A DNA stretch of 63,529 nucleotides, filler included, from Thraustochytrium aureum (taxonomy: Eukaryota), in assembly GCA_012862495.1 (NCBI GenBank). It is 5 parts of 4 records of this genome, joined end to end, with 100 filler letters (N's around TTAATTAATTAA, not from the genome) between each part and the next. Parts side by side here need not be neighbours in the genome. Positions count along the whole stretch, not along the records: positions 60,075 to 63,529 come from BLSG01000280.1; 4 more parts are not named here. One strand, 5' to 3'. The notes under the pieces were generated by a model, which was given only the letters and a program-made list of their open reading frames with translations, had not been told where the DNA came from and searched no databases. Of this stretch, positions 60,492 through 63,529 are shown piece after piece. The translations under genes and the position numbers were made by a program. Each line of letters begins with the position of its first letter. Position 1 is the first letter of the stretch.

Positions 60492-62492
60492 ATGACTGGG
60501 GTTGCTGAGCAGGTCGACAGTCCGCCAAGGTCCACCTCGCGACCGCGGAATAGAAGGGCGCGGTCCGCCCTGCAGAGGGAGCTACATTGCGCCGCGTACA
60601 AGCTTCGGCGTAAGCTGGTGACGGAGTTTTACAGGGTGCCAGTGACGCTGCACAAGTGGGGCGAGGCGCAAGAGGAACTTAGCCCCAACTATGCCGACCT
60701 GTTCTTCGACTTGATCTACGTCGCCGTTGTCTTCAAGCTTGGCAACCTGCTGTTCGACGAGATCGCCCTCGCGGACGGTCCAGCATCCGGGTACGTCGGG
60801 CGCGGCCTGGCCTGGTTTGTGACCCTCTACTTAGTCATGCAGGATGCCTGGCTGAGCAAAAACAACTTTCACGCTCGCTTCGACATGGAGGACCTCTTCC
60901 ACAAGCTGATCGATCTGGTCGAGTCGTCCCTCGTGGCCGCGCTGGCGGCGCACATCGTGCCGGTGCCAGCCTTTTGGGCCTCGCTGGGCGGTGCTGCGCC
61001 GTACAACTACATGGTTTGGTCTTTCGTTTGTAAAGCTGCNNNNNNNNNNNNNNNNNNNNNNNNNNNNNNNNNNNNNNNNNNNNNNNNNNNNNNNNNNNNN
61101 NNNNNNNNNNNNNNNNNNNNNNNNNNNNNNNNNNNNNNNNNNNNNNNNNNNNNNNNNNNNNNNNNNNNNNNNNNNNNNNNNNNNNNNNNNNNNNNNNNNN
61201 NNNNNNNNNNNNNNNNNNNNNNNNNNNNNNNNNNNNNNNNNNNNNNNNNNNNNNNNNNNNNNNNNNNNNNNNNNNNNNNNNNNNNNNNNNNNNNNNNNNN
61301 NNNNNNNNNNNNNNNNNNNNNNNNNNNNNNNNNNNNNNNNNNNNNNNNNNNNNNNNNNNNNNNNNNNNNNNNNNNNNNNNNNNNNNNNNNNNNNNNNNNN
61401 NNNNNNNNNNNNNNNNNNNNNNNNNNNNNNNNNNNNNNNNNNNNNNNNNNNNNNNNNNNNNNNNNNNNNNNNNNNNNNNNNNNNNNNNNNNNNNNNNNNN
61501 NNNNNNNNNNNNNNNNNNNNNNNNNTCTGGGCCGAGGTGGCGCTGCTCTCGGACGAGCGCGCCGCGGTCCTGATGGCCAGAAGAATCGTTCGGGAGCAGG
61601 GGTGTACCTTGTGCCCACTGGCGCCGCAATGGCGGCTGCATTCCTGCAAGACGATTGGCGCGTCGTCCTGGGTCTCTGGGCTGCGGGCACGGTTGTCCCT
61701 CGGCTGATTATCGTGTACAAGCTCTCTTTCACGCAGCTGCTGGACAACACAAACACGACGCCAATTCACGTCGAGTACACAATTCACCGCTGGGGCGACT
61801 GGACGATGCTCATGTTGGGCGAGGGCGTATTGCAGATCATCATCACAGACTTTAACGTCGAGAACACCGCGCTGCACTTGCTAACATTTCTGGCCTCCTT
61901 CTTTATCCTGTCGGCAGTGATGCTTATCCACTATACGCTCATGCCGACCGATCCGGATGACCACGCGGCGCGCAAATCGCGCTCGCGCGGCATCCTTTAT
62001 GTGCAGGCCGCGACGCTCTACTCGATGTGCATCAGCATTGCCGGCGTGGGCCTCAAGGCAAATCTCAAGTACTTGGACAGGATCTACAAGCCACAGTACC
62101 AGGCGTTTACCTGGCTCCTCTGCGGATCGCTCGCGCTCGCCCTGTTTGGCATGGTGCTGGCCAAGCTCCTGCACGTCGGCCCGTATGAGATTGTGCGGAA
62201 CACACCAACTCCAGTCCTCAAGGCGCGCATCCTCTTCTGGGCCCTCCGAATGGCCCTCCCAGCGGCGATGCTTGCAGTGCCTCCGCTACTCCTCAAGGGC
62301 TCGCAAATCGCGCTGCTGCTCCTGTTGATTGCTCTGGCCACGCTCCTCGTCAACTTTGGCGACTTGCGCCAAGCGGATGACTTTCGCCCGCCAGACTTTG
62401 ACAAGGACATTGAGCTGCACAGTACGGAGGAGCTTGCTGCGCAGTTTCGTCGCGTCTCAGTCCGTGTCGATGCGGCGGGCCAGGATGAGTAA
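60492..62492 (+). CDS. Low temperature requirement A (LtrA)-family membrane protein (gapped)
   Basis: YADLFFDLIYVAVV, ARFDMEDLFHKL, PIHVEYTIHRWGDWTMLMLGEGV, multiple TM segments. Confidence 0.75.
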   Translation: MTGVAEQVDSPPRSTSRPRNRRARSALQRELHCAAYKLRRKLVTEFYRVPVTLHKWGEAQEELSPNYADLFFDLIYVAVVFKLGNLLFDEIALADGPASGYVGRGLAWFVTLYLVMQDAWLSKNNFHARFDMEDLFHKLIDLVESSLVAALAAHIVPVPAFWASLGGAAPYNYMVWSFVCKAXXXXXXXXXXXXXXXXXXXXXXXXXXXXXXXXXXXXXXXXXXXXXXXXXXXXXXXXXXXXXXXXXXXXXXXXXXXXXXXXXXXXXXXXXXXXXXXXXXXXXXXXXXXXXXXXXXXXXXXXXXXXXXXXXXXXXXXXXXXXXXXXXXXXXXXXXXXXXXXXXXXLGRGGAALGRARRGPDGQKNRSGAGVYLVPTGAAMAAAFLQDDWRVVLGLWAAGTVVPRLIIVYKLSFTQLLDNTNTTPIHVEYTIHRWGDWTMLMLGEGVLQIIITDFNVENTALHLLTFLASFFILSAVMLIHYTLMPTDPDDHAARKSRSRGILYVQAATLYSMCISIAGVGLKANLKYLDRIYKPQYQAFTWLLCGSLALALFGMVLAKLLHVGPYEIVRNTPTPVLKARILFWALRMALPAAMLAVPPLLLKGSQIALLLLLIALATLLVNFGDLRQADDFRPPDFDKDIELHSTEELAAQFRRVSVRVDAAGQDE

Positions 62493-63454
62493 AGGCGGGT
62501 CCGCTAAGGGATCGATTCCGGGTGTCTACGATGATCTCGGTTGCAACAAAATGTGGCCTTCAGGCCAACAGAAAGCGACCAGCAGCAGATTCTTCTATTC
62601 ACAGTCAGTCTCGTCGTTGCAGCCTATGCTCGAGGACCGTTTGGCCATGGCTCTAAAGATTCGTAGCTGTGCTTTCTGTAGCGGCCCTTGTAGCTCTCGT
62701 CGCTACCTGCAAGGAGCACTATGCCAGCTGAGCTGTTCTGCTCGTGGGTTTTGTCGTTGCTCTACGAAAACGCGCGTTGACAGAGCTTGACCGTTCATAC
62801 TGCCCGCGTCTCGGCCGCGAGGGGGTTCTCCGTTTCGTTTTGCAATCGGTGGACCACCGCGGCGTTCTGTGGGAGCCTTGCTGTAACTTGCGCGAAAAGA
62901 GCGGCACGGCGACGAAAATGACGGCGCCCAGCAAATTGCCGATAGAGGCTGGAAAGAGATTCCATGCCCAAAGCTGGCCTTAGGTAAAGTTGACGCCTTC
63001 TAGCCAGGCCATCTGCAGGTATCCCATGTTGGCCGGGGAGTGCTGCACGCCCAGGACACAAAGCTCAGAATGGGCAGGAAGATACCCAGCACCTGAGACG
63101 TGCATTGGGCCGCCTGAAACCGCGAAACGGGACATCCCTGCGCACGACAGAACCCGCGTGCTGGAATAGACCCTGCGCCTAACAGAACCGGGATCGCAAC
63201 CAAAAACACTGACAGTGGCGAGGCGCCTTCCGATGTTGATGACTCGAAACGCCCGCGACAAACTTGTTGACGATCGATCTCTCTCGCGGATCGAAATAGG
63301 CGCACCAAGCAGCCTCGAGACGAAACAGACCAAGATGCCCAGCCTAGCCCAAGCCTCCAGTGGCCTCGATCACGAAGCGTGCTCGAAAGGTCTCGCCCGA
63401 GATCGCCGCGTCAGCTGCTGCGCGCGAGCGCGACGGCACAAACGAAAGCAAGAG

Positions 63455-63481
63455 CAACAACAACAACAACAACAACAACAA
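63455..63481. repeat. (CAA)n microsatellite
   Basis: Direct observation. Confidence 0.9.
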
Positions 63482-63529
63482 GAAAAATCACCACCACCGC
63501 AAACCCGAAGCGCGCGACTGCGCGGCCCT

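Overview
GC-rich, gene-dense, intron-poor eukaryotic (protist) draft assembly; not prokaryotic. Two GT-AG introns with CTGAC branch sites can be read directly, and it carries eukaryote-specific genes (RPAP1, Nup155-like, eIF3f, reticulon, cytosolic LysRS). The window is five unrelated scaffolds joined by artificial N-TTAATTAATTAA-N linkers (about 1-14495, 14596-21304, 21405-45074, 45175-59974, 60075-63529), with many N gaps and several apparent single-base frameshifts that are probably assembly errors. The highlight is a convergent pair of paralogous channelrhodopsin-like genes (34562-36250 +, 38871-40724 -). Both have anion-channelrhodopsin signatures (non-acidic counterion: Phe in one, Ser in the other), and each is fused to a pseudo-receiver domain plus a C-terminal MYND zinc finger; a single-pass membrane protein gene lies between them. 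Rhodopsin type and genome style suggest a heterotrophic stramenopile such as a labyrinthulomycete (inference). Other points: a cluster of domain-shuffled receptor-like TKL kinases sharing an unrecognised juxtamembrane domain, an Hv1-type proton channel, a divergent pair of tiny Cys-rich proteins, and flagellum-associated genes. All family calls are motif recognition by eye; no searches were run.
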